NCBI RefSeq assembly: GCF_006345805.1
Contig: NC_043002.1
Coordinates: 87,048,001-87,112,000 of the forward strand
Reading direction: 5' to 3'
Source: Octopus sinensis
Taxonomy: Eukaryota
Length of the DNA stretch: 64,000 bases
The translations under genes were made by a program, and so were the position numbers. The notes beneath the pieces were generated by a model. It worked only from the letters and a program-made list of their open reading frames with translations. It was not told the DNA's origin and did no database searches. Below, piece after piece: positions 25,303-39,009 of this stretch. The stretch's first letter is position 1. Every line of letters begins with the position of its first letter.

Positions 25303-25479
25303 GAGAATTTTTGTATCTGTAATCTGCTATTTTCCCTCTTTCGTTAAATTTTGTCTAATACGTTACGTAGCTTTCGTCTTGTACCGGTGGTCAAGGACGT
25401 TTTGAAGACAAACGGGTTCAGTGAGTTTATCATATACACTCATATCAATCCACCCATCTGTATGTGTGTGTGTTTGTGT

Positions 25480-25513
<34 letters not shown>

Positions 25514-26096
25514 TTGTGCACGCGCTCACTCGCGTGTGTATACATACACAGATGCACGCACGCACATATATATGTGTTTTTTCTCTAATGTTATGGCATT
25601 TGTACAAAATAATGAAATGGCACTAATTAAAAAATCTATTGAATTAAAATTATAATATAAAAATAAACGAAATTGGCATTTATATTATGTATTAAAGGAT
25701 CATTACCTTTTGATCGACAGATTTAAAGAATAATTTTTTGTAACTAAACACTTTCAAACTTCGGACACTGGTAGAATGTGTCATATAAAACATCTTTTAC
25801 TCTTAGCATTTTTGAGAAAAACTTATATTTACGAAGTTATTTCACGTTAAAGTTGTCGTATTTCGGTAAGTTCAACCAATCAATGACGTGTATTCAGCTG
25901 AATAAAATTACTGCCGTTGTTTGTCAACAACAACTATTGGCGGTGAATTTTTCGTTATATATATAAATTTTAAAAAAAACTACCTTTTATCAATTCAATA
26001 ATGAAAAATTAAATTATACCATTTAAATTTAATTTTTCATTATTGAATTGATAAAAGGTGTTTTTTTTTCTAATTTATATATATATATATATATAT

Positions 26097-26360
26097 TTAT
26101 CTTTTACTTGTTTCAGTTACTAGACTGCGGCCATGCCGGAGCATCGCCTTGAAGAATTTTTGTCAAATGATTCGACCCTGGTACTTATTTTTTAAAGCCA
26201 GGTACTTACTCTATCGGTCTCTTTTGCCGACCACTAAGTTACGGGGTTGAAACAAACCAACAGCAGTTGTCAAGCGGTGTTGAGGGACAAACACAGACAC
26301 AAAGACACACATACATAAATGTATGTAAATATACACGACAGACTTCTTTCAGTTTCTAGA
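26097..26360 (-). mobile_element. SINE S4, 3' half
   Basis: Matches the S4 tail (cttgtttcagt...gcggccatg...ctatcggtctcttttgccga). Confidence 0.8.
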
Positions 26361-26590
26361 GGATATTCTATTCCAATCTCCTTCAACCTTTGCTTACAGT
26401 TCTATACCTTTGCTTACAGTTCCCAATGCACCAATTATTATAGACACAACCATTACATTTTCCATACTCCAAATTCTTGAAATTTCAAATTTTAAGGGTT
26501 GTATATTTTTCGCTCTTTTTTTTTTTACGATCCTGGAATCAAACGCACATGATGGGTAAATTAGTAAGCAATTTCGTTTTTCCTTGTCGA

Positions 26591-26642
<52 letters not shown>

Positions 26643-26689
26643 GAAGTAGTAGTAGTAGTAGTAGTAGTATGATGATGATGATGATGATG

Positions 26690-27250
26690 ATGTAAGAGAG
26701 CAGCGCAAGTCATTAAAGTGACAGTGGGGTACAGAATATACGAAGCCCTATATACCCATCATGACTACCCGTCTGATAAAGGTACACCAGGCACATGCAT
26801 CACAACCATATGTGCGCGATATGGTGATCTCATATCTAAACAGTACATGACCTCGCAGGTGGGGCCTAGTTAGAATTTTTTTCAAGTCGAGTAGCCCATT
26901 CCGCTCAAAAGGTCCTTGAATAAGGTTTTTTTTAGGGATAGTGAACGAAATACCCATATTTCCAGAGGTGAATTATTCAACTTCCAAGAAACTGCTCTCA
27001 ACAGGTGGCTATGATGCTCCCCCACTACTTCTGCTCGTAATCAGAGATGCACATATCGTCAACCACCAGGAGACATGCTCAACTGGTAACGGTCAAACAA
27101 TTGACAAGCAAATCTGTGGTATTGAGCAGAATATTTCTTGTAGTCCATCTTTTATACCAAGACAAAACAATGTATATGATAACATTTCCAATCAGTTAAG
27201 ATCAGAAGCCATGAGAACCACTGCCTAATATTGCACCAGGGCATTTATTA
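26690..27250. repeat. Probable unclassified interspersed repeat between simple repeats
   Basis: GC-richer block that resembles, from recall, a common octopus repeat. It is single-copy within this window. Confidence 0.3.
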
Positions 27251-27287
27251 TTATCATCATCATCTACTACTACAACCACCACCACCG

Positions 27288-27347
<60 letters not shown>

Positions 27348-27526
27348 TCTTCAACTTTCTTCAACTTTCTTACTCTGTTAGCCATGATTTATTCCAAGAT
27401 TTCCAACCGAATAGCGAATCTTCAACGCAGTTTTTCAAAAGACTCATTATACATAACCAGGTATTTATCCTGAAACTTTCTGTTTTCTCGATTCCCAACA
27501 ATACTGTTAATAGAATCTATATTAGT

Positions 27527-27596
<70 letters not shown>

Positions 27597-28311
27597 TGTG
27601 TGTGTGTGTGGTGTGTGTGTGTGTGTGTAAGTATGTATGTATGTTTGTATGTATGTATGTATGTATGATTGTATGTATGTATGTATGTATGTATGTATGT
27701 ATATATATATATTTTCAGACTAAATTTCTCTTTATCCAAACAGGTATATAATTAGCAAGATCTGTACTCAGATGACACACAGGATATCTTTGAAATACTA
27801 TATTCAATATAAAATGTTTCGTCTGCGAGTGATTAGTGTTATAGTTGTTATAGTGGAATGCTTCTGTTTTCTTTATCCATTTTGTTCTTGTTGGCACTAT
27901 TACACGTTCTCTCGATATTATCTCTGACGTTTCTTTATCCATCAATTTCGTATTGTAAACATTTTTTTTGAAGGAAAGCTTGCGTTAGACTTACCAATAA
28001 AGACTGAGCCAAATTTCACACATACTCTCCCAACACACACACATGCACACACACACACACACACACACACGCGCGCGCACACACACACACGCACACACAA
28101 ACACACACACACACACACACAAATACACACACAAATACACACACACAGATACACATACACACAGACATGGACACTTTCTCACTGATCTCTCACTTACATA
28201 ATACTGGAGTTACTTAAATTCCACTTTTATATATCATAACTGTGAAAAGTTAGAACATAAGGTACTCCGTAATTGTTTCACCTTTTTATATTTATATAGT
28301 TAAAAAAAATA

Positions 28312-28649
28312 TAGGCATGGCTGTGTGGTATTAAGCTTACTTCATATGCACATGGTTCCGGCCACTGCGTAGTACGTTGGGCAAGTTTCTTCTCCTAGAG
28401 CCTTAGGCCGACCAAAATCTTGTGAGTGGATTTGGTAGACAGAAACTGAAAGAAGATATATACCTTTTCTACTCTAGGCACAATGCCCGATATTTTTGGG
28501 GAGGGGGCCAGTCGATTAGATCGACCCTAGTACGTAAATGGTACTTAATTTACTGACCCGAAAGGATGAAAGGCAAAGTCTACCTCGGTGGAATTTGAAC
28601 GCAGAACGTAAAGACAGACGAAATACCGTTAACGTTTCTGGCAGCTCGC

Positions 28650-28650
<1 letters not shown>
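28312..28650. mobile_element. S4 head (+, about 28312-28460) abutting an S3 fragment (-, about 28480-28650)
   Basis: Sequence similarity to the other S4 and S3 copies. Confidence 0.7.
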
Positions 28651-28716
<66 letters not shown>

Positions 28717-28768
28717 TATATATACATACATACAATATTATATATATACATATATATTATATATATAT

Positions 28769-28814
<46 letters not shown>

Positions 28815-28959
28815 TAGACGCGTACGGGTTTAAGTACACAAGTACGCAGGCCTTTATAACAGTGCATATACACACATATGTGCATGTGTGTGCGCGTACA
28901 TATAACAATATACACTTCCTTCTTTATTTGTTTCTGATTCCTCAAGCCACACTATCACA

Positions 28960-29820
28960 TTAGCCAGTATAATAAACTCATATGTCTATTTATCGAAACT
29001 TGACCATTATATCTTAGTATTATTCCCTTCCGTTTTGAGGTTTACTACTCACTTTAGTAAATCCCCTACACTTTTTTCTGTACCCATCCCTTAGTGCCAT
29101 TCTAACATATCATCCCACTTCACTTTTCATTCCTTACATTCTTATCTCTTCCTATCTCTCCCCTACTCCTTTTCCATCCTCTTATAATATCTTGACCACC
29201 AACTAACACTTCTTTTTTCACTTTCTTTCACTTTTTTCACTTCTTCATTTTTTCTCATTTTCTTTTCTTTTCTTCCTTTTGTTTTCCTCTTGCCTTCCTT
29301 CTTTTCTCACCTTTTCCTCTTGACATTTCTCCTCATTTTAACATGAACATCTCTTCTCTTCTCTCTATCCACTTAATATTACCACCACATTCTCAAACTT
29401 TCATTCACAGTACAAGACCCCTTTGAATGAAAAGCACATGGAATCTACGTCTCCACACTTTCCATTTGTAATGATCAAATATGAACTCCTATTGGGATTT
29501 ACGTATCATGGACATGAAGCATTTCTACCACTTCTACACACCGCTTTCCTTGTATAATGGAACTGCAACTATAACATCTTTATATATTTTTATTACTACT
29601 TTCATTCTCCCATTTCCCTCTATACTCCTTATTTCCATTCTTTCCCAAAATAACTCCTTATATTGAACTCTACGTTTCTCTCTATTTAACCATCTCACAT
29701 CGTCTCTGATGAAGGGATAACCCTAATATCCCAGAAACAGCTGTAAGATTGACTTTCTTTTTATAAATGTCCTGAAAATTCCACACAGCCTTGGCTTTGT
29801 TGTCTCATTTTATTTAACAC
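28960..29820 (+). mobile_element. Probable Penelope-like element terminal region (pyrimidine-rich stretch ending in a hammerhead)
   Basis: Strongly T/C-skewed stretch ending in the hammerhead motif, with partial homology to positions 91-160. No clear RT or GIY-YIG ORF. Confidence 0.4.
29702..29749 (+). ncRNA. Minimal type-I hammerhead ribozyme with canonical core
   Basis: GTCT-CTGATGA-a-GGGATA/accctaa/TATCCC-a-GAA-ACAGCTGT-A^AGAT. It has a 6-bp stem II, an 8-nt palindromic helix III, a GUA cleavage triplet and a 4-bp stem I. Confidence 0.75.
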
Positions 29821-30363
29821 ACACACACGCATACACGTATATAGTTACTATTATGTAAAAGTGTCATAATTCCAAACCGTTGCTTTTTTTAGAAAATTGA
29901 AAAAAATTTCTCTATTTCATACCAAAACCGTTGTACTACACTTTGACAATTTTTTTTTATATTTTAGCATCAGGAATAGCTGGAGATACGACAATTTGAC
30001 CAAAAGAACCGGCTATTGCAAGCAAAAATAAATATTGAAAAAAAACCGCATTTGGCCAAATTTGGACATACGGCAGTTTAACATAATAGCAACGATACAT
30101 TCATACATAATACATACATAAATAAATAAATGGAGTTAAACACAGGTGTTATTCAAATTCTTTTACTTCCGACATATGTTTCGAAGACAACATTGGCATT
30201 ATTCCAAAAGGAATAAAATGGTGTAAAATAATATATACCGTCAAAGTAGCCTATAGAAAGAGAAGGGGTAAAGGAAAGAAATAACCAGAAAACTAATAAA
30301 GGGAAAATATAGAGCGATATGTGAATTAAAATAAAAGCTTAAAGGCTTGGAAATAGATATATC

Positions 30364-30409
<46 letters not shown>

Positions 30410-30414
30410 TATAT

Positions 30415-30452
<38 letters not shown>

Positions 30453-31117
30453 TATATTTATATAATTGTTAAACAGGACAACAAACATTAAGGCAAGGCA
30501 AACATCTCAAATCATATGCAATATGACGGAAATCTGCAATGGCTCTACAACTACCGTCTCAGGTACAACCTTGGAGCCCCAGTAATCCGTTACAGCACTC
30601 ACCTAGCGTACCTAATCGTTTAGATCACTTGTGAACAAAACCCCCATAATTTGTGTGTATATATATATATATAATGTTCTACGTTATATATTTTAATAAT
30701 TACTAGTATTTTTATAAATGTAAAGCATAATATGTTATACATGTAAGTATATTGTTATAATTATTTAAAAAAAAATATATACAATATATATTGTCTAATA
30801 GTTGATGAGTACCACCTCTTGATCCCCTCCATTTTCTGATTGCCGTATATATATATATATATATATAATATATATATATATATTATATATTATATATATA
30901 TATATTATATATATATGCATATATGGGGACAGGACGTCACCAACTGCGTAAACAACATGAAATACGTAGACAAACGAGTTCAACAAGAGAAAAATGGAAA
31001 ACAGGACAGAGAAACGACCCTTCATCAGATGTCGGCTGTCTATCTACTCCTCATTTCGAGCATTCAACGACAATATGAGTCTTCAAAGACAGCTACTCCC
31101 ATAAATTCTAAAATAAA

Positions 31118-32600
31118 ATTTATGCTAGCGGCAGAAAAGAAGTATAGTCAAATAGAGGAGACACTATCGTTTATTTTTGCGGTAAAAAATTTCACAAATT
31201 TCTACATGGTAGAAACTTTTTTTTATACACCGACCATTGACCATTACTATCAATTTTTGGATCAAAGAATCGACTACAACGCTGTAGTACAATATCGCTG
31301 AACTACAATTTTAAGATGCAATATATTCCCTCAAAGAAAATTGGTCATGCAGATTGCTTATTGAAGCTAATTCCCAAGAGCGTGGAATCGCTACAAGAGA
31401 CTGTGATAGCGTCATTGCAGACAGAAAATGAAGTAAGAAGTATTGTGCGTAATATAATCCATGATATAAAAGTTAAATCTGTAGAGGATAGTTACATTAC
31501 AAGAATGAAAGAAACGTTGAAAAATTAGCATAATAAAAATACAAATTCAAATAATTTCTTACTATACAACAATGTCTTAATCTACGCGCAGACGGTAGTA
31601 GTACCAAGTGCACTACAGAAACGAATATTGCCACAATTCCACTGTGGTCACCCGGAAATGTCCAGAATGAAAGCTTCAATGAGCTTTGTATATTGGCCGA
31701 CTATGGACAGGGACATCGAGAAATTGGTGAAAGCATGTAGAGGTTGCGCGTTGGCAATCAAAGCACCGCCAGTAAAATACCAATCGTGGCCGGAGACTGA
31801 GAGCCCATAGTCCAGGATACATATCGACTACACTGGACCAGTGAACAGCGCATACTATCTAATCGTTGTGGATAGCTATACAAAGTAGCCAGACATATAC
31901 AGAGGCAATAAACCCCCAGCAAAGACAACAATAAAGTTCTTACTCGAGTTATTTGCGCTATACGGTGTTCCAGACACGTTAGTTTCAGATAATGGAACAC
32001 AATTCTCGGGATATGAATTAAGAAATTTCTTCAAAATACATACCATAAACCACCTCTTTACCCCGCCCAACCACTCAAGGCCAAAAGAGCTCTAAGAAAA
32101 GCTAGGAACGAGGTAGATAATGACAAGGCATTAACGAAATTTTAGAGAGTATATGGAATAACGCCAAATCCAAATACTAATTCAGGAACGTCACCAGCAG
32201 AGTTAATGTTCGTGCGTAAAATAAAATTGATCTCCGATAAATTATTGTCAGGAAAAATACATATAAAGACAAAAAATACATTTGAAGGAAGTACAAGAAA
32301 TGTTACAGAACATTTCGAAGCAGGATTTAAAAATTACAAAAATGATAAAGAAGGTTGGGAGGATGGCTGTGTAATCAAAAGATTAGGTAACATGTATTTA
32401 ATTAAAGGACAACGTTCGGAGCAGAAGAGATACCTTAACCAGTTAAAGATGAGACATACAGAAGAACGAAGAGTAATGCCAATGGAAATATTCTATGATA
32501 TGTTTGAAGTGCCAACACCGAGAGATATCGAACCTCGTAGAACTAGTTTCAGAAAACGAAAACAGACTGAATATCTGGAAGTAATGTCTAAATGAAAAAG
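31118..32600 (+). mobile_element. Ty3/Gypsy pol remnant (RNase H + integrase), frameshifted
   Basis: EKKYSQIEE..IFAVKKFHKFLHGR and KKIGHADCL (RNase H). FHCGHP...YWPTMDRDIEKLVKACRGC (HHCC). RIHIDYTGP and LVSDNGTQF (integrase core). Confidence 0.9.
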
Positions 32601-32810
32601 ATATTAAATAAAAAACAAAAACAAACAAAAAAAATAATAAAAAGAGTGCTAACAAGTGTACAACGAAAAGAAAAAGTGCTGAGTGTAACGAACAATACTA
32701 CTTTAAAATTCAACAACAATTAAGATACAACAGCTAAAAAAAAAAAAAAGGGAGAGGTGCTGAAAATAAATAAAAAGAAATTTCACTTTCTCACAGTAGT
32801 CGAAATCTCG

Positions 32811-33011
32811 AAAGGGGAGATGTTGTGACGAAGAGCTTCGACGAAGAGCAGGAAGGATTTCTATACAGGAAGAGTTACTCTGCTAAAATGTGTAATTTGA
32901 ATGACCTACGTCGATTAATCAAAAGTTATGTCCTTTCTTGCATTACTTTTGGGATACCCAGCCCCATATGTGTGTATGTGTGTGTGTTGAAAATAAGTAT
33001 TTTTATTTACA
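32811..33011 (+). mobile_element. Polypurine tract and probable 3' LTR of the Gypsy remnant
   Basis: aaaggggaga is immediately followed by TGTTGTG at 32821. The LTR right end is uncertain. Confidence 0.5.
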
Positions 33012-33277
33012 ATGCAGAACGCATCTACTGAGGCATACTACCTCAGTTTTTCAATTACACCTTTTTGCATTACCCACTTAAATATATACATTAGGTGAGT
33101 CATTTGAGCGTTAAGTTCGTAGTATAATGTTATGATAGTAAGGACTTATTGCATTATGATTTCGTTCGTTGTCAGCATTTATTTGGAGTGAATGATATAG
33201 TCGACAAAAGTGATGAGGGATAAAGTAAAGTTTGGCAGGATTTGATACCAAGACAGAAAAATATGTTTATTAAATAT

Positions 33278-33490
33278 TGGTTTCAAATTTTGGCTCAAGG
33301 CCGGCAATTTCGTGGGAGTGGGTAAGTCGAGTACATCGATCCAATTGCTCAATTGATACTTATTTTATCGACCCCGAAAGGATGGAAGGCAAAGTCGATC
33401 GTGGCGGCATTTGAACTCAGAACGTAAAGTCGTAAGGAATACAGCTAAATACTTTTCCGGAGGGGTAACCATTCTGCCGGTTCGTTACCT
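33278..33490 (-). mobile_element. SINE S3 (tail type a), degenerate
   Basis: Reverse complement of the S3 body and tail. Confidence 0.75.
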
Positions 33491-33536
33491 TATTATTAAA
33501 TATTGCCGAGGATTAAGTTGAGTGCTCTACCTTGAC

Positions 33537-34063
33537 TGTTACACTACCACCCGCTGACTGGGAAAGGAAGAAAGGGCAACGAAGTTCTACGTGCCTCTTG
33601 TAGTGACGCTACTATGGAAGTTCCAGCGCGCATGCGCAGAATTGGATTACTTCCGGTAAGCTGCCGGAAGTTCCCTAATGTGCATGCGCAGGAACTGCAA
33701 CCTGAAAGTGTAACAACTAAATCGGCCTTTTTTAGAAGAGCAGCGCTACGGAGCGGACGTGGCTAAGACTTCTCTCAGGGAAAACCCCACGCACAGAGAA
33801 GCTCTCTCTTCGAAGCGGGAACGAACACCGTATCTTCTTGGCTTACCCGAGGGAACATTTGTGTACAGTCCTGTGGACTTGGCTGCCGGTTCGACCATAA
33901 GAAATACATATGTATATATATTACCTGTGAACCCGAAGAATAAAAGTGTTATTTATTGTTATCGACGATAGCCGGATTTTTAGTTCCTTTTCTTCAACTA
34001 TTGTATGTGACAAGATAAGACCAGACACCCCTCCAGTGTTCCTGAAACTCTCATCTTGTTACA
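33537..34063 (+). mobile_element. Probable solo LTR (~527 bp) with promoter-like U3 motifs
   Basis: TGTTACA...TGTTACA (TG..CA) ends, two GCGCATGCGCA-like sites, two CCGGAAGT-type sites, and AATAAA at about 33938. No TSD found. Confidence 0.5.
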
Positions 34064-34161
34064 CTCTAAATATAGCTGAATTACTTTTCACCATAGGTTT
34101 TATCTATCAGTCCTGGCTTAGGAGCTCCTCCTCCTCAACAGCAACAACAACAACAACAACA

Positions 34162-34198
<37 letters not shown>

Positions 34199-34206
34199 CA
34201 ACAACA

Positions 34207-34237
<31 letters not shown>

Positions 34238-36010
34238 ACAACAACAACAGCAACAGCAGCAGCAGCAGCAACAGCAGCAGATAGTTGAACACAAATAAAA
34301 CAACATAGCAACAACATTATAAACAAGAGACCAACGGTGGTGTTTCTAAACAGTAGCTTGAAATGCATGATATAACAACTAAATCTCCTCTAAATAACAC
34401 CATACCTTATTTTTAAAAAAAGTGCAATGAGTAATTCGGTACCAGATACGCTGCTTCAGACAACCAAAGGCACGATGTTAACGACTAGAACGCATTAGAT
34501 ACTAAATCTGCTTGATGGGAGCAATACCTAATTCTACCATTTCGTTGAAGGCAATTCTGGGAAAGCTCAATATATTACTGGTACTTTATCTGAGAGACCC
34601 TGGAGAAATATCTGCTTTGCAGTTGTATTTGACGCCATCAAACATATTGACCTCAGTGCATTTGAACTCAGAATAAGAAGGGAGGTAATTAGATATATAG
34701 CGACATATTTAGTCCTGTTTTCTACCGATTTTGCTAGCTTTCGTCGTCAGCATAATAAATATTGATTTCTTAAGGCCACACATTTTGTTAGGGTTGTATA
34801 ATCGATTGGATTGGTACTTTATTTTATCGACCACTGAAAGAAGAACGCCAAAGGTGATCCCTGCAGAATTTAAATTCAGAACGTAAAGAGCCGTAACAAA
34901 ATACTATAAGGCACAGCACCAGGCGCTACCAATATTGATTTTTGACATAGGCATACGGTCTCAAATTTATGGGAAGCCACTTAAATTACGTCCAGTACAG
35001 ACCAAGCACACTTTATTTTACCGACACAAGTAGAATGAAATGCAAAGGTGGTCTTGGCAACACATGAACTTAAAACGGAAAGATGCGTAAATAAATACTG
35101 CAAAGCATTTAATTAGTGCATCATTACAAACATGTACGTAAGAAAATCTAAATAGATAAATAAATAAATAAAAACTCAACTTAAGATCAAAAGCAAGTTG
35201 ATAATAAATTACGAGAGGAGGTTGTTAAGTGCTCAAATGAACTGAACCTTAAAGATTGAAGCCTAGTTAAAAGTAAATAGATATTCCGTCGCTTTCCATG
35301 ATGGGGATTGCAATTGGCCGATTACCCGAACTATCTAGCCGTAGAATTAAAATGTGCGGTACCAAATATTTTGCTGGACTTTCTACCCTTAAAGTGTTCC
35401 TCAGGCAGAACCAGCGTGCAAGAAAAACAAAAGTCCTTTTCATCATTCGATGGGCTTTTTAAAACTGACCTGTTGGCCCTGTTCCGCGAATTCAATTTCC
35501 CCTCCCAAGCTTGAGTCGCAGCGACACTACAGCAGAAGCAGCCGTTCAAGCATTTGGTCCTAGAGATCTCCATTTCCAGCTACTTCGAGGGCCACCTCCC
35601 AGTGGCGTCGGGCCTCAACGAAGAGCCCTCGACTACTACAAGACGACCAGTTTTTTTTCCAAGGTCTGGTGTCTCCGGCCCCTAAGTCCTAAGCCATCAC
35701 CTAATCACCTTTACCCGTCTTGTTGCTTAACAACAACAACAACAACAGCAGCAGAAGCAGTAGCTGGGTGAGGTGGTGGTGGTGGTGGTGGGTCTACCCC
35801 AGGCGAAACCTATATGAGGGCGACACTTTTAAATCTGCTGTATAAGCCTGTATGGGTGTAGGTGGTAGTGGCAAACTCAACGGCTACCGCGAGTGGCGGC
35901 ACACGTGTCTTCTATACTAGCAGCACCACTGAGTAGTCACGTGCCACAAAGGTACCATCGAATTCACGATCTCAGGATAGCTAAACAAATATCATAACTA
36001 TAAAACCATG

Positions 36011-36444
36011 GGATCTTTTCAGTTTGAACGGCAGTTTTTTCTAGCGGTGTCATGAAATTGTCACCCATAATTGTGACCCTAGTATCGATCTATTGCATTT
36101 CAATCTATTTTAGGGTTAGGGTTAGTTCGAGTTAGGGTTAGGGGTGGGGGGAAGGGTATCTTTTTTTCTTCACAAATGTAAATAAACCCAATCTGTTTCT
36201 TAAACGAGGGACATATTCATACGGCACAGAATGTTTTTTTTACCTCAATAGACGTCAATGATTGGTTGAAATTGCAGAAATTGAAGAAAAAGAACACACA
36301 AATATCTTACAAGCTATAGAATTTTCTCAATAAAGCCAAGAGAAAAAGATGTTTTATAAACACATTCTACCAGTATACGAAGTTTTAAAATTTTTAGTTA
36401 CCTAGAAATTATGTTAAAAACTGCCGTTCAAACCGAAAAGATCC
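36011..36444 (+). mobile_element. GGATC-MITE full copy
   Basis: Both TIRs present. Perfect 8-bp TSD aaaccatg. Confidence 0.92.
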
Positions 36445-37339
36445 AAACCATGTTATGATATTCGTTTAGCAACAGTCGTTTGAACTAAAGTACACAAACA
36501 TTCAGTGTTATAAACTGATTTTCATACATTCTCGGGCAAACTTTAACAGACGAAATATGAGTATTGTTCCATTTTCTTTGTATGTGAGTATATGTGTCTA
36601 TGTGCGGGTGTATATATGTGCGTGTGTATACGTGTGTGTGTGTGTTTGTAGGAGTGAGAAACAGCCATTAAAGAAGTAATCTTCGAACGAAACCTACGAG
36701 GTCACTACGGTTATTAATAGCAATATGATCTTCACAGAATGAAATATATATATATTAACCTCTCCCCACCACTATATCTTCGCTATATCACAGGTAGATG
36801 AAACTTTGCCAAAATAGTTGCTATTCTTCCCAACGAGAATATTTACGTTCTTTGATTATGGCAATGTATGTATGTATGTATGTATGTATGTATGTATGTA
36901 TGTATGTATGTATGTATGTATGTATATATGTATGTATGTATGTATGTATATATGTATGTATGTATCTCTCTGTATATGTGTGAGCATTATATATATACAA
37001 TCTTGTGTGTGTGTGTAAAGATGTATTTAAATATATACATGTGTATACATATATACATATATATATATATATAATAATATATATATATATATATGTATGT
37101 ATATGTATGATGTATGTATGTGTGTGTGTGTGGTGGGTGTGTGTGTGTGTGTGTGTGTGGTGTGTGTGTGTGTGGTTAATCATATTATATTATATATTCA
37201 GGTAGGAGGCGTTGTACAGAATGACGTTAGCAAAACATTCTTAATGAACTGAAATGCGTAAATCATTCCTTCTTCGCAATTTAAGTGAATACGCGAACTC
37301 ATGTCATGGCCTACTTGAATTATTTCCTTCAGCTCACCT

Positions 37340-37497
37340 TATATATAATATATATTATATATATATATATATATAGATATATATATAGTATGTATAATAT
37401 ATGCATATAATATATATATACATATAATACATATACATATAATATATATACAATATCATATATACATTAATATATACATATATATAAGATATATATA

Positions 37498-37537
<40 letters not shown>

Positions 37538-37799
37538 TATATATATACATATACATATATATATCACCGTGACCTACCAAACTATCAGATGTTGCTAACA
37601 TCGTGGTCACAATGCGCTTTGCATTGTTTTAGCTTCAAATGACGCCACCCCGCTGGCTAAGCGAGCAGGCCAACAGAGAGAAAGAGTGGTGAAAGAGTAC
37701 AGCAGGGATCACCACCCCTTGCTGGAGCCTCGTGGAGCTTTTAGGTTTGTTTTCGCTCAATAACACTCACAACAAATATATGTATGCATATATATATGC

Positions 37800-37830
<31 letters not shown>

Positions 37831-38260
37831 TAGATATATATATATATAATATATATATAGTATATATACAATATATATTATATATACATAATATATACAT
37901 ATATATATATATAATATACTATATATAAATATATACCATATATATACATATACATATATATATATAGTATATATACATATATATTACATATACATAATAT
38001 ATATATATACATAACTATTATATATATACATCATATACATATATATCATATATATGTATAAATATCATTATATAGTATAATATATTAATATATATAATAT
38101 ATATTATATATTATAATTATAATATAATATATAATATATATATATATATATATTATATATACACACATATACATACATTATACACTATATAACATACATA
38201 TACAATACATATACATATATATAATATATATATATATGTATATATATATATGTATGTATA
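37340..38260. repeat. Degenerate (TA)n low-complexity array containing an S1b-head/T2-tail SINE fragment (about 37566-37775, minus)
   Basis: Direct inspection. The fragment joins the S1b body to the T2 tail. Confidence 0.8.
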
Positions 38261-38262
38261 TG

Positions 38263-38905
38263 TCATTTGACTGCTGCCATGCTGGAGCACCGCCTTTGGT
38301 CGAGAAATTCGACCCCAGGACTTACTCTGTAGAGGCCTAGTACTTATTTTATCGGTCCCTATTGCCGAACCGCTAAGTTACGGAGACGTAAACATACCTG
38401 CGTGGGTTATCAAGCGATGTTGAGGGGGACAAACACAGACATACAAACATATACACACACGTGCATATATATAACGGGAAGCTTTATGAAAATAGACAAA
38501 AGACGAAGGCAGGTGGAAAACAAACGAACAATTGTATTAGTATGGCGCTCAGGAAATATAAATAAAACAAGTCTTTAACGTTTCGAGCCTACGCTCTTCA
38601 ACAGAAAGATACACAGAGAGAAAAAAAACACAGAAAGAAGGAGAGAAAAAAAATGCGTGCAGTAGCTAACGAATCAACATGGCGATATATATATACACAC
38701 ACACACACACATAAATATATATATATATATATACATATATACAATGGATGTATTCCAGTTTCCGTATACCATATCCACTCACAAGGCTTTGGTCATCTAG
38801 AGGCTATAGTAGAAGACACTTGCCCAAGGTACCACGCAGTGTGAGTGTACCCGGAACCATGACGTTGGAAATCAAGCTACTTACCACACAGCCACTCCTA
38901 CACCT
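38263..38905 (-). mobile_element. SINE S4 split by a hammerhead module inserted in its internal (TA)n
   Basis: 3' half at 38263-38470 and 5' half at 38745-38905 (head gtgtaggagtggctgtgtggtaagtagc). Confidence 0.8.
38476..38684 (-). mobile_element. Short hammerhead-bearing repeat, family B (motif at 38572-38609)
   Basis: TCTTT-CTGTTGA-a-GAGC/gtag/GCTC-GAA-ACGT-T^AAAGA. (TA)n on both sides; homologues at 54319 and 56616. Confidence 0.7.
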
Positions 38906-39009
38906 AACATTTAAACAGATTTATTTAAATAACACTTGTGCATATACATACATTATGTGTGTGTGTGTGTGTGTGTGGTGTGTGTGTGTGTGTGCGTGCG
39001 TGCGTGAGG

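Noticed and set aside
30166-30190. Half hammerhead (minus-strand GAA-ACATATGT-C)
   Set aside because: The palindrome and GUC triplet are present, but there is no CUGANGA upstream. At most it is a broken remnant.
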